Shown here: piece by piece, positions 1 through 13,666 of the stretch | Numbering within the stretch: the first letter of the stretch is position 1 | How the letters are laid out: the number at the start of each line of letters is the position of its first letter | Origin: Lytechinus pictus | Taxonomy: Eukaryota | Direction of reading: 5' to 3' | Length of the DNA: 64,000 nt | Assembly (NCBI RefSeq): GCF_037042905.1 | Contig: NC_087250.1 | Span: 11,100,001 to 11,164,000 of the forward strand | Translations under genes and position numbers: made by a program | Notes under the pieces: generated by a model | What the model saw: the letters and a program-made list of their open reading frames with translations, nothing else | Told to the model about the DNA's origin: nothing | Database searches by the model: none

Positions 1-787
1 GACAGCAGCTCCGCGTCGGTGGATAGCTAACGTGCTGTCTGAATGGGGACCGCGTCGTTTACATAGACCCCCCCAGCAAGCCCCTCCCCAGATTTCTAGT
101 CATTGCTAATGTGTTTCGTGCTAGAGCATTTCATGTCGGCCAGCCAGAACGAGAATCAGGAACAGCGATCTGTTCAAAGTGCTTGGAAAGCGGTCATCAT
201 GCGTCTACTTGTAAAAACCCAGTAAAATGTCGTTCATGTAAACAAACGGGGCACCTGAGCCACAGCTGCCCCGCGAAGGCGTCTTCGAGCCATGGCAACG
301 AAGACAATAGCGCCCAACCATCGACGAGCAGCCAACTGATGAGTCAACTCACTCAACTGAGTACCCCCGGCGTGAATCAAGTACGATGTTACGTCATTCG
401 GCAAGGGTTCCCCATGATGACGTCAGCACAGTTGGGAGAAAGACACGTCAATTCGGCATTTCGGATTTCTTGAGACCAAAAGATACCACTGCTACTGGCC
501 CTGCTACTGGCGTTGCCAACGATTCTGCTACCGGTTCTACTCCTGTGGAACATGTTTCGCGTCAAAGATCGAGCGATGTCGAATACGCTTCTCATCGCAG
601 TACAACGCGTGATGATGGAGAAGATGAATTCACAAGTTGCTACTCGACTTCAAGCGACGACGAGAAATCACCACTATCACCGGAAACTCCAACTCCAGAC
701 AGGCAAAAACATGGAAAAACATCTACGAAAAGGAAATTGAAAGGAAAGAAAACAAGCAAAAAAGCAGAGTGCAAAGGAAAACACTAA
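1..787 (+). pseudogene. Tx1-type ORF1 (gag-like nucleic-acid-binding protein with two CCHC zinc knuckles), disrupted
   Basis: The frame of ORF 111..473 extends upstream as LRVGG*LTCCLNGDRVVYIDPPSKPLPRF. Knuckles are CSKCLESGHHASTC and CRSCKQTGHLSHSC. The S/T-rich and basic C-terminus continues in the shifted frame 386..787. Confidence 0.85.
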
Positions 788-869
788 GTTGTAAGCGAAC
801 AACGAATGAAATGGAAAAGTATAAGTCGATCATGAAATGGAAGAAATCAATTCAAAATCAACAAAATCA

Positions 870-3800
870 ATGAATGATGACTCGATTTCTCTTCACCTTA
901 TATCCCTGAATGTGAGAGGAATGCGGGATAAAAGGAAAAGAAGCAAAATTATATCGTAGCTTCGTGCACAAAAGACAGATATTGCTTGTTTACAAGAAAC
1001 TTACTGGACGAAAGAACTTGAACACGAGATTTCATCACAATGGAATGGTGCATGTTTTTTTAGTAATGGGTCTAACCACTCCAAAGGGGTTGCAATATTA
1101 TTAAGAAAGAAATTACCTCTAGAAATTGTAAACGTCTATGCCAGAAATGATGGAAGGACCGTTGCTCTTAAATTAATGTATAACAATTGTTGTTATTTAT
1201 TATTGAATGTTTATGCGCCAACAAAGTATTCTGATAAAGTCATATTTTTTAAAAACCTACTCCATTGGTTTAACGAAATTAAGAAACCTGGAGATATATT
1301 AATTTGTGGAGGTGATTGGAATACTACACAAACTTATTTAGATTCTCGTGGCACATCTCGAGTCTATAAACCACCCAATCATTTCAAGAAATTCATTCAA
1401 AAAAATGTATTGGTTGATGTTTGGAGGAAATTATATCCCACGAAGAAACAATTTACTTGGCGACAGAGGTTTTTGGTGTCTATTCTAGATTAGATTACTG
1501 GCTAATTTCAACAACACTATATCCTTCAATGTACAGCACTGATATACGCCCAGCACTTAAATGTGATCATAATGCCATTTCGCTAAAGTTGAATTTGAGT
1601 GGTATTGGGAAAGGCAAAGGTTATTGGAAAGTAAATAATTCACACTTACTAGAACAAGATTTTATAATCTGTATTAAACATGTGATTAATAAAGTAAAAA
1701 TGGAATTCATGAATGAAAGTCCACAGCTTATATGGGAAATGTGTAAAATTAAAATAAAAGAGGTCACTGTGAAATATTCTAAACAAAAACAAGAAGAAAG
1801 AAAATGTTATTATACAAAGTTACAAGATGATCTCAATAAACAGAGTGGAAAGGCTGATAAAAATCCAAACAAGAAATAAATTGATAAGTTAGAAACAATC
1901 AGAAATGAATTAGATAAACTTTACACATATAAGTGCAAAGGTGCGTATATTAGAGCTAGGGAGAAATGGATGGAGTCTGGCGAAAAGTCGTCCAAGTATT
2001 TTTTGAAAAAAGAAACCATAAATGGTAAGAAAAAAGAGATTAACTGTATTGTACAAAACGGTAAAACATTTACAAAGAAAACAGAAATTTTGAAGATTAT
2101 TAATAATTATTTCAGTAAATTGTACAAAAATAGCTATAACGATAATGATATAAACATTAAATCATACTTAAAAAATATTGAATTGAAAGAATTCGATGAG
2201 AAGGATGTACTAAGTTGTGAAGGACTGGTAACCGAACATGAGTGTTATAAAGCTTTGCTTTCAATGCAAAATAATAAGGCACCTGGTTGCGATGGATTGA
2301 GTTCGGAGTTTTATAAATGTTTTTTGCCAGACATAAAAGATTTGCTAATCGACAGTCTAAATGAAGGATACGCTCAAGGGGGTTTGTCAGAAAGTCAAAG
2401 GCATGGTATACTCACACTGTTATTGAAAAAAGGGGATAGTAGATTATTAGACAATTGGAGGCCAATCTCATTATTAAATATAGATTATAAGATTTTAGCG
2501 AGAGTTTTGTCACAACGCCTTCAACGAGTAATCCATAAAATTGTTTCGTTTGATCAAACAGGTTATATCAAGGGGCGTTCAGCCTCAGATAACTTAAGGT
2601 TGGTACAAAATGTTATTGATTATAGTAAAATTTTGGAACAACAAGGATTGGTACTTTTTTTAGACTTCAAACAAGCATTTGATTGTGTGAGACATAGCTT
2701 TCTTTTCGAAACCCTGTCAAGATTGAACTTTAAAGATTAATTTATCCAATGGGTTCAAGTATTATATAAAAACGCTGGAGGCAAAGTAATTAATAATGGT
2801 TGGATTTCAAAACAGTTTAAGATAGAAAAGGGTGTAAGGCAAGGGTGCCCTCTATCGGCTTTGTTATTTGTTTTATTTGTTGAAGTTATGGCGTCACAGA
2901 TAAGGTCAAACAAGAAAATCAGTGGTATTAAGATTCCATTCCACAAAGAACCATTTTCAAAAGAATTAAAGATCTCACAGTTAGCAGACGACACCGCTCT
3001 TTTTGTTAATTCCGTCCAGGCAGGAAATGTCGCAATTCAAGATGTTATTAAGTTCGGGGAATATTCTGGCTTAAAACTTAATTTAGATAAAACCAAAGTT
3101 ATGCCACTTAATATAAATTATAATGAAACAAATGGTATATGCAACTTGGAATGGTCTGATGAGCCAATTAAATATCTTGGGGTTGTATTATGCAAGAACA
3201 CAAATGACTTCAATGTCCTTAATTGGTCTGTAAAGATAGATAAAATTAAACGTATTATAAATCTTTGGAAGATGAGAAATCTGACATACTATGGGAGAAT
3301 AGTTATTATAAAAATGTTACTTATATCACAGTTAATATACTTAAGCACATGCTACATCATGCCCCAAAATTATATCAAAGAACTTAATAAAATAATTCAT
3401 TCATTTTTATGGAATTCTAAAAGAGAAAAAGTGAAAAGAGCTTACATTATTAATTCACCCCAATATGGGGGTTTGGGTATGATTGATATAGATTCTAGAT
3501 TGAAATCACTCACACTTTCTTGGTTACCAAAAATTGTAAGAGGTGATGATCCACCATGGAAATATATTTGTGAGTTTTGGTTACATAAATTAGGTGGTAT
3601 ACCATTATCTATTCAATGTAACTGTTCTCCAGTAGACATGACCAAATTATGCAAAAAATATTCATTACCTACATTTTATACAGACCTACTTACTTCATGG
3701 GCTGAACTTCACTATCTTAATATATTCGAAGTAACTCAATTTGAAAATGAAATCATATGGAATAATTCAAATATAAAACATGAAAACAAGTTACTGTATT

Positions 3801-4681
3801 TTAGAAAATGGTACGATGAGGGTATAGTTAAAGTACACCATTTAATTGAAAATGGTTCATGGAAAAACTCTGAAAGTATTACAGACTTACTGTCGATGAA
3901 TTCTCTTTGTATCTTATTTCAATATGCTAAAATTAAAACCGCTTTTCCAAAATATTGGTTCGATAAGTTGAACACTGCTCAACTTGAAAATCAAGATGAT
4001 CAACGAACGCAAAACGATAAATTTATTCAAATTAAAACCGGTGACTCAATTGACATTACAATATCAACAACAAAACAATTCTACACATATTTTGTAGATA
4101 TAAAAAAGAATTTACACCCAACGGTGTTATATTTTTGGCAAGACAGTTTATCACTTGCAGAACATTATGATTGGAGCAAATTGCTAAAATTTAAGTTTGG
4201 AAAATTATTTAATAACAGAGTTAAACAATATAATTTCAAATTGCTGCATCGGATTTTGCCGTATAGAGAGAATTTAGTTCGATGGAATATCACATCAGAC
4301 ATGACTTGTAACCATTGTAAACAAATTGAAACTCTAGATCATGTTTTGTTGCATTGTCCACATGTGAATTTATTTTGGCAAAAACTACGGTATTTCATTA
4401 AGATCCAGTTTAATGTGAATATTTAGATTAATGAGAAAACATTATTGATTGGCCACGATGTTGAAAATGAAAACATGGCTTTTCTTAATGTAATTTTGGT
4501 TTTCGCACAATATACGATTTATAGAGTTTATCTGTTGGCTCAGTTCACTTCAAAAAAATTCAGCTATTTTTCTATGTTGTCAGATTTCAAGAGAGAATTA
4601 GTCATTAATTTAAGATTTCTTGAAAAGAGTAATAAGATAAAACTAACAGAAAAACAGTATAATGAAATCAAAAGGTTGTGA
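870..4681 (+). pseudogene. ORF2: apurinic endonuclease + reverse transcriptase + C-terminal zinc-binding domain, disrupted
   Basis: ATG at 870 gives ...ISLNVRG...LQET. APE motifs NVYAP, GGDWN, SRLDY, CDHN. RT motifs KAPGCDG, WRPISLLNIDYKIL, LDFKQAFD, GVRQGCPLS, QLADDT, IKYLGV. C-terminal CNHC...ETLDHVLLHC. Stops at 957, 1877, 2738 and 4424, and a frameshift near 1465. Confidence 0.93.
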
Positions 4682-5007
4682 AATATGAAACTAATTGTAT
4701 ATATTGTATGTGTTTGATTATTGATTTTAATGTAATAAATACCTCTGAGGACAAAAAAAATGAGTCCAGAAGTATTCCGAGTTGATTTACCACTAAAAGA
4801 AGGAAATTTAGTGTATCGAGTCTGAATGAGAACAGGGATGTTAAATTTACGCCTTATTACCCCTCCTCGATCTGTCGATAGCCACGCTTAGTTCTCTGAG
4901 CGATTCCCAACTCATTGAAAAGACTCCATTTATCCGAACTGAGGAGATCAGACCGAGTCCCATTGTCAATGTTCCGTCCTATATACAAGAGCTCCTCACG
5001 CTAGTAT

Positions 5008-8000
5008 TAGTCCAGGATAGGCCCCATAGAGAATTGACCAAACCTTGTTTTTTTATATATACAATATTTTTTGATGGTTTCTTGTCAATTCGAGGGTGCT
5101 GATTACGAATCTGGATGATGCCACTCGTGTAACCTTGAGCATTCTCCGCAAATTGGCAAAATCCAATATGGCCGCCAAAATATGCAAATTACCCATGAAA
5201 ATCATAAAATTGTCCGCCCATTGGCTATGAAATGCATGAAATTGTGTGGCAGGAGTGAAATACTCTCTGAAAAAATCATTTTTGACAAAATATTTATTTT
5301 CCTGATATCCAAAATGGCCGCCATAGGCCATTCTATACTCTATTATGTACAATATGAATAGGCCGGAAAACTAATTTTCACACAAATGAGCACTAAACTG
5401 CAAAAATCGCTTTGTATGAACGAAGTAATATATGCAAATCATCATTACTAACGAGATGTATCATTTATCATGTCATAAATGAGAACATTGCTGTATTTTG
5501 ATGTCTAAAATAGCCGCCACTGGCCCAAAGAGTATTATGTACAATGGCAATCATATGGCCGGGGCCAAAAAACTGACACTGAGTGAGCACTGAAATGCAT
5601 ATTATTAAGATAAACGAGTGGAATACTGACTAAAAACTTAATTGTTAATATGCCATTCATGTGATAAATGCTGTATTCTGAAATTCTAAATGGCTGCCAT
5701 AGGCCCTATATTTATCATGTACAATGCGAATGGAGAAACTAATTTTCACACGAGTAAGAAAAAATGCATTATTCTACGAGTAAAATATTGTCTGACAACA
5801 TGTTTTATTGCAAGACATATAATTTCTTTTGTCATGCATGAGATAAATGCTGTATTATGAAATTCAAAATGGCCCCTGTAGGCCCTAACAGTATTATCTA
5901 CAATGTGAATGGGGACATATAATTTTGTAAGAATTTGGATTTGCTATGACATCCATATAATCCTGTTGTATGAGTAAAATGTTATTTGAAAACATATTTT
6001 TTATATGAATTATAGCATTTCATCTGCCATATAGTTGATAAATACTGTATTTTGACATTCAAAATAACCTCTACCATGTCTACAAGCCCTAACTAAATCA
6101 TGTAACATGCGAAAAGGGAAACTAATTTTCACAAGAGTGAGAATCATAAAATGCATGTAACTGTGATGTACGAGTAAAAATATTGGCTTAAACATGATTT
6201 CTAACTAAATACATCACATATTGGTCGTGGAGGTAATAAATGCTGTACTTTGACATTCAAAATGGCAGCCATAGGTCCTAAAAGTATTGTGTACATTGCA
6301 ACATGGGACATATGATTTTGACAGAATTTGGCTTTGTTAGACTCTAAATATTGCGCATAATTGTGAATTGTGATCTAAGGGTGAATTATTGTCTAAAACC
6401 ATGGTTTCTAGCGAGATATATCATAATGCTGTGTAATTATTGTGATAAATGCTGCATTTTTTAAATTGAAAATGGCCAACAAAGGCCTTTATCGTATAAT
6501 ATATACAATTTGAGTGGAAACAAATAATCATTACGTCTTACCCCCGTTTGAAAACGGACCGCAGATCAGATGGCAAACTGCGGTATTTCACCCCATTTTG
6601 CATTTGGAAATCTAAAACATCATTTCCAAGCCCTGGGGGTCGTTTCATAAAGCTGTTCGTAAGTTAAGAGCGACTTTAACAACGACTGGTGATCATCGCC
6701 AATGGTTTGTACCATTTACCGCAAGACATGATCACCATGCAGTCGCTCTTAACTCACGAACAGCTTTATGAAACACCCGCCTGATCAACCCCGCTTGGCC
6801 AGGTAATCCCCACAGGCCAGATTATGAGCGTTGAGCCAAGGACGAAATGATAAACAACAGCTGTGTATTACGTAAGTCTTCTCTGCCTGTAGAAGGACCT
6901 TCGGAATTAAATTATTGTATTCGATATTTAATCATGTTTTCAAAGGCATATTGTATTCAGAAATTCAATGCTAGACCATTTTCAATTTCGAACGAAGAAA
7001 ATCAACCTCGAAATAAGGAAAGTAAGTGAATAAAAAATGGCGACATGTTTTCTCGGACCGCACTCGGGCTGTTGTGTTATCTTCGGACCGAGGTCAAGAA
7101 ACAGGTGTTTTGATAATTACATTGCATGCCTGTGGCAGTATGGTTTTCGTATTCGGAGAAGAGAATTCATTGAGAAAAAATGGGGTATAGTGTCATCAAA
7201 TGGAGGTATTTCGTCATGTGTTCACCAAAAGGGCATATGGGCAGCCATTTTGAATAATGAAATACAGTATTTATCACCTAAATAAATAAGATATGATATA
7301 TTTTGTTATAAATCATGTTTTCAGACAATATTTCACTCATACATCACCATTTGGCCAAGCAAATCCAAATTATGTTGAAATGATTTGTTCCCATTCACAT
7401 TGTGCATGATACCGCCGTAAGGGCCTGTAGCGGCCATTTTTACTTTAAAATAACAGTATTTATCCCCTAACTGGCAGAATAAATGATATATCTTAATAGA
7501 AATTATGCTTTCAGACAATTTTTTACTCATAGATCACTATTTCGTGCATTTATGGTGCTCACTCCTGTGAATATTGGTTTCCCACTTTGCATTGTACATA
7601 ATACAGTCAATGTCTATGGCGGCCATTTTGAAAGTCAAAATACAGTATTTAACACAAACTTGAAACCTGAATGATATATTTCATTATAAAATAAGTTTGT
7701 AGACAGTATCCCATTATTTTATCACATATATGTATGCATTTTAGTGCTCACTCTTGTGATTTCTTTGCTCCTCTTTCTCATTGTGCATAATACTTTTAGG
7801 GCCTTTGGCAGCCATTTTGAATATAGAAATACGACATTCATCACATACATGGCTTACTAATACTATATTTCGTTAACAATTATGTTTTTAGTCAGTATTC
7901 CACTCGTTTAGTCTTCATAATAAGCATTTTAGTGATCACTCTTGTGAATTTTTGGGCCCCCATTGCCATTGTACGCAATACTGTTTGGGCCAGTGGCGGC

Positions 8001-8496
8001 TATTTTAGATATCAAAATACAGTAATGTTCCCATATATTATGACATAATAAATGATATATCTCGTTAGTAATGATGATTTGCATATATTACTTCGTTCAT
8101 ACATCGCGATTTTTTTGCAGTTTAGTGCTCATTTTTGTGAAAATTAGTTTTCCCTATTCATACTGTACATAATAGAGTATACAAGGGCCTATGGCGGCCA
8201 TTTTGAATATCAGGAAAATAAATATTTTGTCAAAAATTATTTTTTCAGAGAGTATTTCACTTCTGCCACACAATTTCATGCATTCCATAGCCAATGTGCA
8301 GACAATTTTATGATTTTCATTGGCAATTTGCATATTTTGGCGGCCATATTGGATTTTGCCAATTTGTGGAGAATGCTCAAGGTTACACGAGTGGCATCAT
8401 CCAGATTCGTAATCAGCACCCTCGAATTGACAAGAAGCCATCAAAAATTATTGTATATATGAAAAAACAAGGTTATGCCTCTTCTATCCTGGACTA
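5008..8496. mobile_element. Non-autonomous foldback DNA transposon, Academ-like (TAG...CTA ends, 3-bp TSD)
   Basis: Ends TAGTCCAGGATAG / CTATCCTGGACTA. TSD TAT at 5005-5007 and 8497-8499. Long inverted arms are built from ~180-bp subrepeats containing AAAATGGCCGCC. No transposase. Confidence 0.85.
6636..6780. mobile_element. Small MITE, PIF/Harbinger-like, nested in the foldback element
   Basis: Inverted arms GTTTCATAAAGCTGTTCGT...TTAAGAGCGAC / GTCGCTCTTAA...ACGAACAGCTTTATGAAAC, with CTG on both flanks (6633-6635, 6781-6783). Confidence 0.7.
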
Positions 8497-9054
8497 TATC
8501 ATGATGCCAGTTCAACACCTACTCCCAACACTGCCAGAGTTAATTAATCTTTAAATGACCTTTGATCTTGGCCATGTTCCTGTAACGTACATAGGAATTA
8601 TGTACATGTTAAAGAACTTTTACATGTACAGAATTTTTACTTTTATCATAACCCCAAAACACATAGTGCATTATGCTCTATATTTATCTTTCAAATGATA
8701 TTTTTACAGATATCACTCTATACTAGTATATCTGTATTCAGAAGGCAGGGGCAGCATGGAGGTCAGTTTAAAAAAAGTGCAAAGGCAGTCTATCGTATTT
8801 TTTTTTTTTTTTTTTTTGACTTTTGTAACTGATTTGTATTTATTTTTTCTAGTTTTTTATGTTTGATTTTGTATTGACGTTTGTAATTGATTTGTATTTA
8901 TGTTCTCTGGTTTGTATGCTGAAAAATTGATATAGAAAGGAAATAGACCAAATTCATTCGATTAAAATTCAATAGCACAAATTCATACAGATGACTTTTA
9001 TGGACACGTATACCCAAAATTATCGTTCCTCTGAAATATGGCATTCATTTGCCT

Positions 9055-11945
9055 TTGAATCTTGATGTCAGTTCTTAGAATCCGTATTCCCATATACAGG
9101 TAAATGTATCATTCTCGTAGGGGGAAGGGACGAACAGATTGCTAATTTCTAACTCTTTTATTGTTTTCAGTAACTCATGATTTTGGGTCCGCACCAGGCC
9201 CGCGCTAAAAATAGTCCAAACCACACACACAAAAATGCGTTTAGAGCCGCGCTACTACACAGAAAAAAAAAAAATCGGGCACACGGTCTGATAAAAGCAG
9301 CACCAAAATAGCACAGGCCTGGCACTGATTATTTTACCCCGCGCCATTCATAAACTATAAATTTTAAGACTCAGCCGGGACGGGTACCTATCAGCGAGTT
9401 ACTGAATGCGCTATTAATAGCCCTACGATAATCGCGACCAGTTTACTTGCACACCGCAGCTATGGCGGCGGGAACAGAGGGCAAAATCTGCCCTCCCACC
9501 TCCCCCTACGTTAAAGCGCACCATCTGACTTTATGTCAATTTTCACTTTCTTCAGAAAAGTAGTTAGTAAACCATTTTTTTTTTACATGACACATCCAGT
9601 TTTCTGAATTTCTTTTTGGAAAGTCACTTTTCGGTAACTGCAAGACGCAGTATTTACACTGAACTTGGGGTTCTCCCATGGAAAAACGCATTTTGCACAA
9701 GTTGAGACAATGAGCATACTATTCTATTCTTTCAAAGCGATTCGAAACTTTTAATTCTGAAGTATTCTTTATCATAAAATTGCAGTTTATGTATGTGCAT
9801 ATTTCAGCCCCCCCCCCAAAAAAAAAATATCCAAGCATAATAATTATGTTGTTGTAATTTTGAGATATTGATGTAAATGAATATTTTGAAGTCAATGCTC
9901 AGTTTCTTCATGAAAAAACGCAGTATCTACAGATGATAATAACAAGAATAAAGATTGATCTATTAAGCGCACAATAGATAACTCTGTCTATGCGTTATAC
10001 AATGAAAGACAAGAAAATTAACATATATTGTAAAACAAAATAAAGTTACTAAAAGATATAAATTACTGAAACAGCTTAGAAATAAAACCAAGCATTTGCC
10101 AGTAGCTGCAGTAGATGGGATTATTTCAACATTGAAATATAATTAATATAAGCGATACTAAGATTTATGAAAGAAACAGGTAGTTTTATTTAAGTAAATA
10201 TTTAAAGGACTGTCGTGAGGAAGCCTGCTGGATGTGCAGAGGGGGTGAATTCTAGAGTTTTGGAACTGCTAGTTCAAAGGATCTTTGGCTGTAAATTGAG
10301 TTGAATGACGTGGAACATGTAGTAAATGTTGGTCTGAAGATCTGAGTTTGCATGGTGGCACATAGGGTGCAATCATGTTGGAGATGGATGAGGGACTCCT
10401 ATTGTTTTTGGCTTTGAAAGTGGTGAGGAGAAGTTTGAAGATTATTCTCTTTTCGATCAGAAGCCAGTGCAACTCTTGAAGATGTGACGTACCCTGCCTG
10501 CTTGGTATTCTTGATATTATTCTAGCTGCTGCATTTTGGAGAGTTTGGAGCTGGCATATCTTTGTCTTAGGGAGACTGAACAAGAGGCTGTTACAGATGT
10601 CCAGTCTGCTGATGACGAACGACTGTACGAGCGCCTGTATTGCTGACTCAGTCAGGTATCTCCTGATTTTTCCAATGGTCCGCAAAGCTGCTGTGCTGTA
10701 ATCTGCAGACAATCTTCAAGTGGTCATGCATCGGAAGGATTCTTGTATACAATAATTCCAACATCTCTTGCCTTCTGGACAGGGCCAATCACTGCCTCTC
10801 ACACTGTTATTGCTGTAGGATTGACGCTTCGGAGTTCTGATGAGAAGTGTGTCACGTCTGTCTTCAAATGATTTTTTTGAACAATTTTTGAAAAAAATTT
10901 TATTGCCTAGAACTTAACAGATGACGAAAATGCTACTTGAATTAATTTTTATCATAACTTACTCAGTCGACCTTGCCTTAGTAGTAAACAATAATGTATC
11001 AATGTGTAATTCAAGGGAGAATTAATAACTTAGAAGATGAAGGGCGCCCTCTGTGGTAAAGTCCCGAATTCACGGAAATTGTCTCAATAAGGTTGGAATT
11101 TTACTGCAGAGAGTGCCGTAGTCTGTAGACGACACCCAAGTTTTTCTAAGCTAGTATTACATCAAAATCTAAGTACAAACTCAAAGAGGTAAAATAGATA
11201 GACAAAGCGACGCAGGAGACTTCTTAATTTCAAGTTTTACAATAATGCTTTGCTTTATTTTTCACTATTTTTTGCAAGATTTTTGGGGTAACAACTGCAG
11301 AGGGCGCTTTTGCTGGTAGAGGGCGCCCTCTGTGTTTCTAGGCTATTTTTTCTATTGAACTTTAAATTGATAACATTATTTCATGGTAATAAAGCAATGC
11401 AGACTGAATAAGTGATGTTAAAATAGTTTTTTCATGTTTTTCATGGCGAAACCGAGCTTTTGCTTCGACTTTCCCCAAAGTTTTTTGTTCAATGTCTTAT
11501 ACAAACAACACAATTTTTGTTTTGATGGGGCCAGCATAACGAGCCAGCACTGTACAATTAACATAACTCTTGTACATTGAGCATGCGGTTAACATTCTAA
11601 CATGACACAATAAATTTGATTTTAGTTGAGTGATGAAAATTAACAATAATAAAAAAAAAATGCATCAATTTAACATACTTTTTGTCTCACATTTGTCACA
11701 AATCAAGTCATTATAAGCACTCAAAAATTGACTTTTACAAGACAAACTGAAGAACATCTTTCCCCCGAAGTGTTTAGATTAATTAAAATGCATAAGTAAG
11801 CAGTTATTATAAAAAAATGTGAATTGACTAATGAAAACATTTTAACCAGCAAATCTCCAACCAACAACAAGTATTCCTACATGATTTTCCGAAGATTTTT
11901 AATGACCTTTCACTTGATCGGGATAGATGTAAAATAAATTAAGTA
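9055..11945 (+). repeat. Degenerate, insertion-split copy of the 2.5-kb array unit
   Basis: By eye, 9055-9487 aligns to 20250-20760 (e.g. GTTTTCAGTAACTCATGATTTT, GCCCTACGATAATCGC, CAGAGGGCAAAAT). 11540-11945 aligns to 20920-21315 (e.g. CACATTTGTCACAAATCAAGTCATTATAAGCACTC). Confidence 0.85.
9935..10865 (-). mobile_element. 5'-truncated L2/CR1-group LINE fragment (RT C-terminus and 3' tail)
   Basis: ORF 10269..10712 has SRLDICNSLL, LQTLQNAAARII, ELHWLLIEKRIIFKLL and LRSSD, typical of the C-terminal part of CR1/L2 RT. Confidence 0.85.
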
Positions 11946-11956
11946 GGCATTTTCAC

Positions 11957-13645
11957 GGTAACTGACGTTACATGACACAGTTTTTCACACCTTTCATTGT
12001 GTTTATCTCCAATGCAACAATTGATGGGAGTTTGCTTTTGATAGAGTTAATAAAGTGAACCTTGCTTTATACTCTGATACTAAGTTTTTCTATGTATCCG
12101 CATTCTTTACGCATCAGCAAGCAAAAATGTGTTGGTAATGCAGTTTCAGGGTGTTCAGTAAAATTTGAATATCTCATGTCCCTGAATAGATAGAGTAATA
12201 ATTTGAATATGTAAATATACCTCAGTTACTAGGTTAAAATGTGTCAAAATATCAAATAATTTGTTTTTGTCTTTTGGGGGCTATGCTATTTTTCCACGAC
12301 CATGCAGGTAACTGACGTTACACTTAATTTGCCATAGAGATAACACATGGAAGTCAAATGTGCGGAATCATTGCATTGTGTGTTTTGTGCAGGGCTTCAC
12401 ATGAAAGTAAGCCTGATGTGGAAGTATACCTGAGTTTCTAGGAACATTTCAATGAAATTTTTTTTTTCCTTAATTCCTTTTCTTTGATTTGAACATTTTT
12501 ATTATTACTTGTCGGTAACTGACATTACACGTTAACATTTACCAGTGCTATATGATTTTCGAAGGCATCATTTTCTTGGTACTTATATGTAAAGGCTTTT
12601 TTAAATCATAAAAGTTTCATAATACTTAATATTTTAAGTTATCAAAACATAAGAAATGTATGTTTTACTTACTCAGGTGGGGGGGGGGGTTAAAGCAGCT
12701 ACATGTATTCCTATAGTAATTTGATATTCCATTGACTGTACACACACCCATTTATATTCATCAGTTTTATATTGACTTTTTAAACCTTTTTCTTCTCCAA
12801 CCTCCCCCTCCCCTCAAAAAAGGTAAATTGAATAAGGGTTTCCTCCCCTAGGCTACCCCTCCCCCGAATTTCATGCAGCAATGGAGTTTTATTATTGATT
12901 TCTATTCTGGTCAGTGCAATGCTTGTTCATATCTGTTAGATTTCAATTTTCTTCATAATTTGTTTAATCCATTCTCTTTGCTATTTTCTTTTTTAAGCTG
13001 TCAACAAAAATAAACTCCAGCTTCTAAACTGAAACTGAACTAATTGTAAATTAGAAAAAAAGACACAGTTTTAGTAGATCAGAACTGTCAAATTTCACTT
13101 TTCATCTATTCAACAAAAATTGTATCACACATCTACACTAATAACAATAAAAAAAAAAAGAATTTACTTAAAGCCTGGCAATTCTCAAAAGAATGCTAGG
13201 AACTAAAAAGGGGCCCTGGAAACCCCATTCATCCCAATATTAAGCTTATAAAATGTTGCACATTTAGGCAATAGATTGGGAAAAGTACCCCCCCCCCCCT
13301 TCCCCCCCCAAAAAAAAAAAAAAAATAAATAAATAAAATGTCTGATACAAACAATTAGGTACTTGGTAAGTACATGTACATATGCAAAACAATTTCATTG
13401 TATTTTTTTGCACGATGGGAATGCAACTTCCTTCATAATTTTATTTAGTATTCCTTGTGAACTATACTTTTTAAAAGTCAATAGCAAGCTCCTTCTTGTG
13501 TGATTCAACTAAGCAAAAGACTTAACTAACAAGTATACAATATTTCTTCACCATAAAATTGACCACATTTGTATTTCACTATTGGTAACCAACGTTTCAT
13601 CATGGTAACTGACATTACATTTTCCACTTGGTAACTGACGTTACA
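11957..13645 (+). repeat. Six dispersed same-orientation copies of GGTAACTGACGTTACA (probable subterminal repeats of a decayed DNA transposon)
   Basis: Copies at 11957, 12307, 12514, 13584 (variant), 13604 and 13630. Confidence 0.6.
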
Positions 13646-13666
13646 CATATTTAATCGGGGGACATC

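Larger units (their letters stand above)
1..4760 (+). mobile_element. Tx1/L1-clade non-LTR retrotransposon, 5' end outside window, inactivated
   Basis: CCHC-knuckle ORF1 is followed by an APE-RT ORF2, a short 3' UTR with AATAAA (~4734) and an A-tail (~4753-4760). Several in-frame stops and frameshifts are present. Confidence 0.93.
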
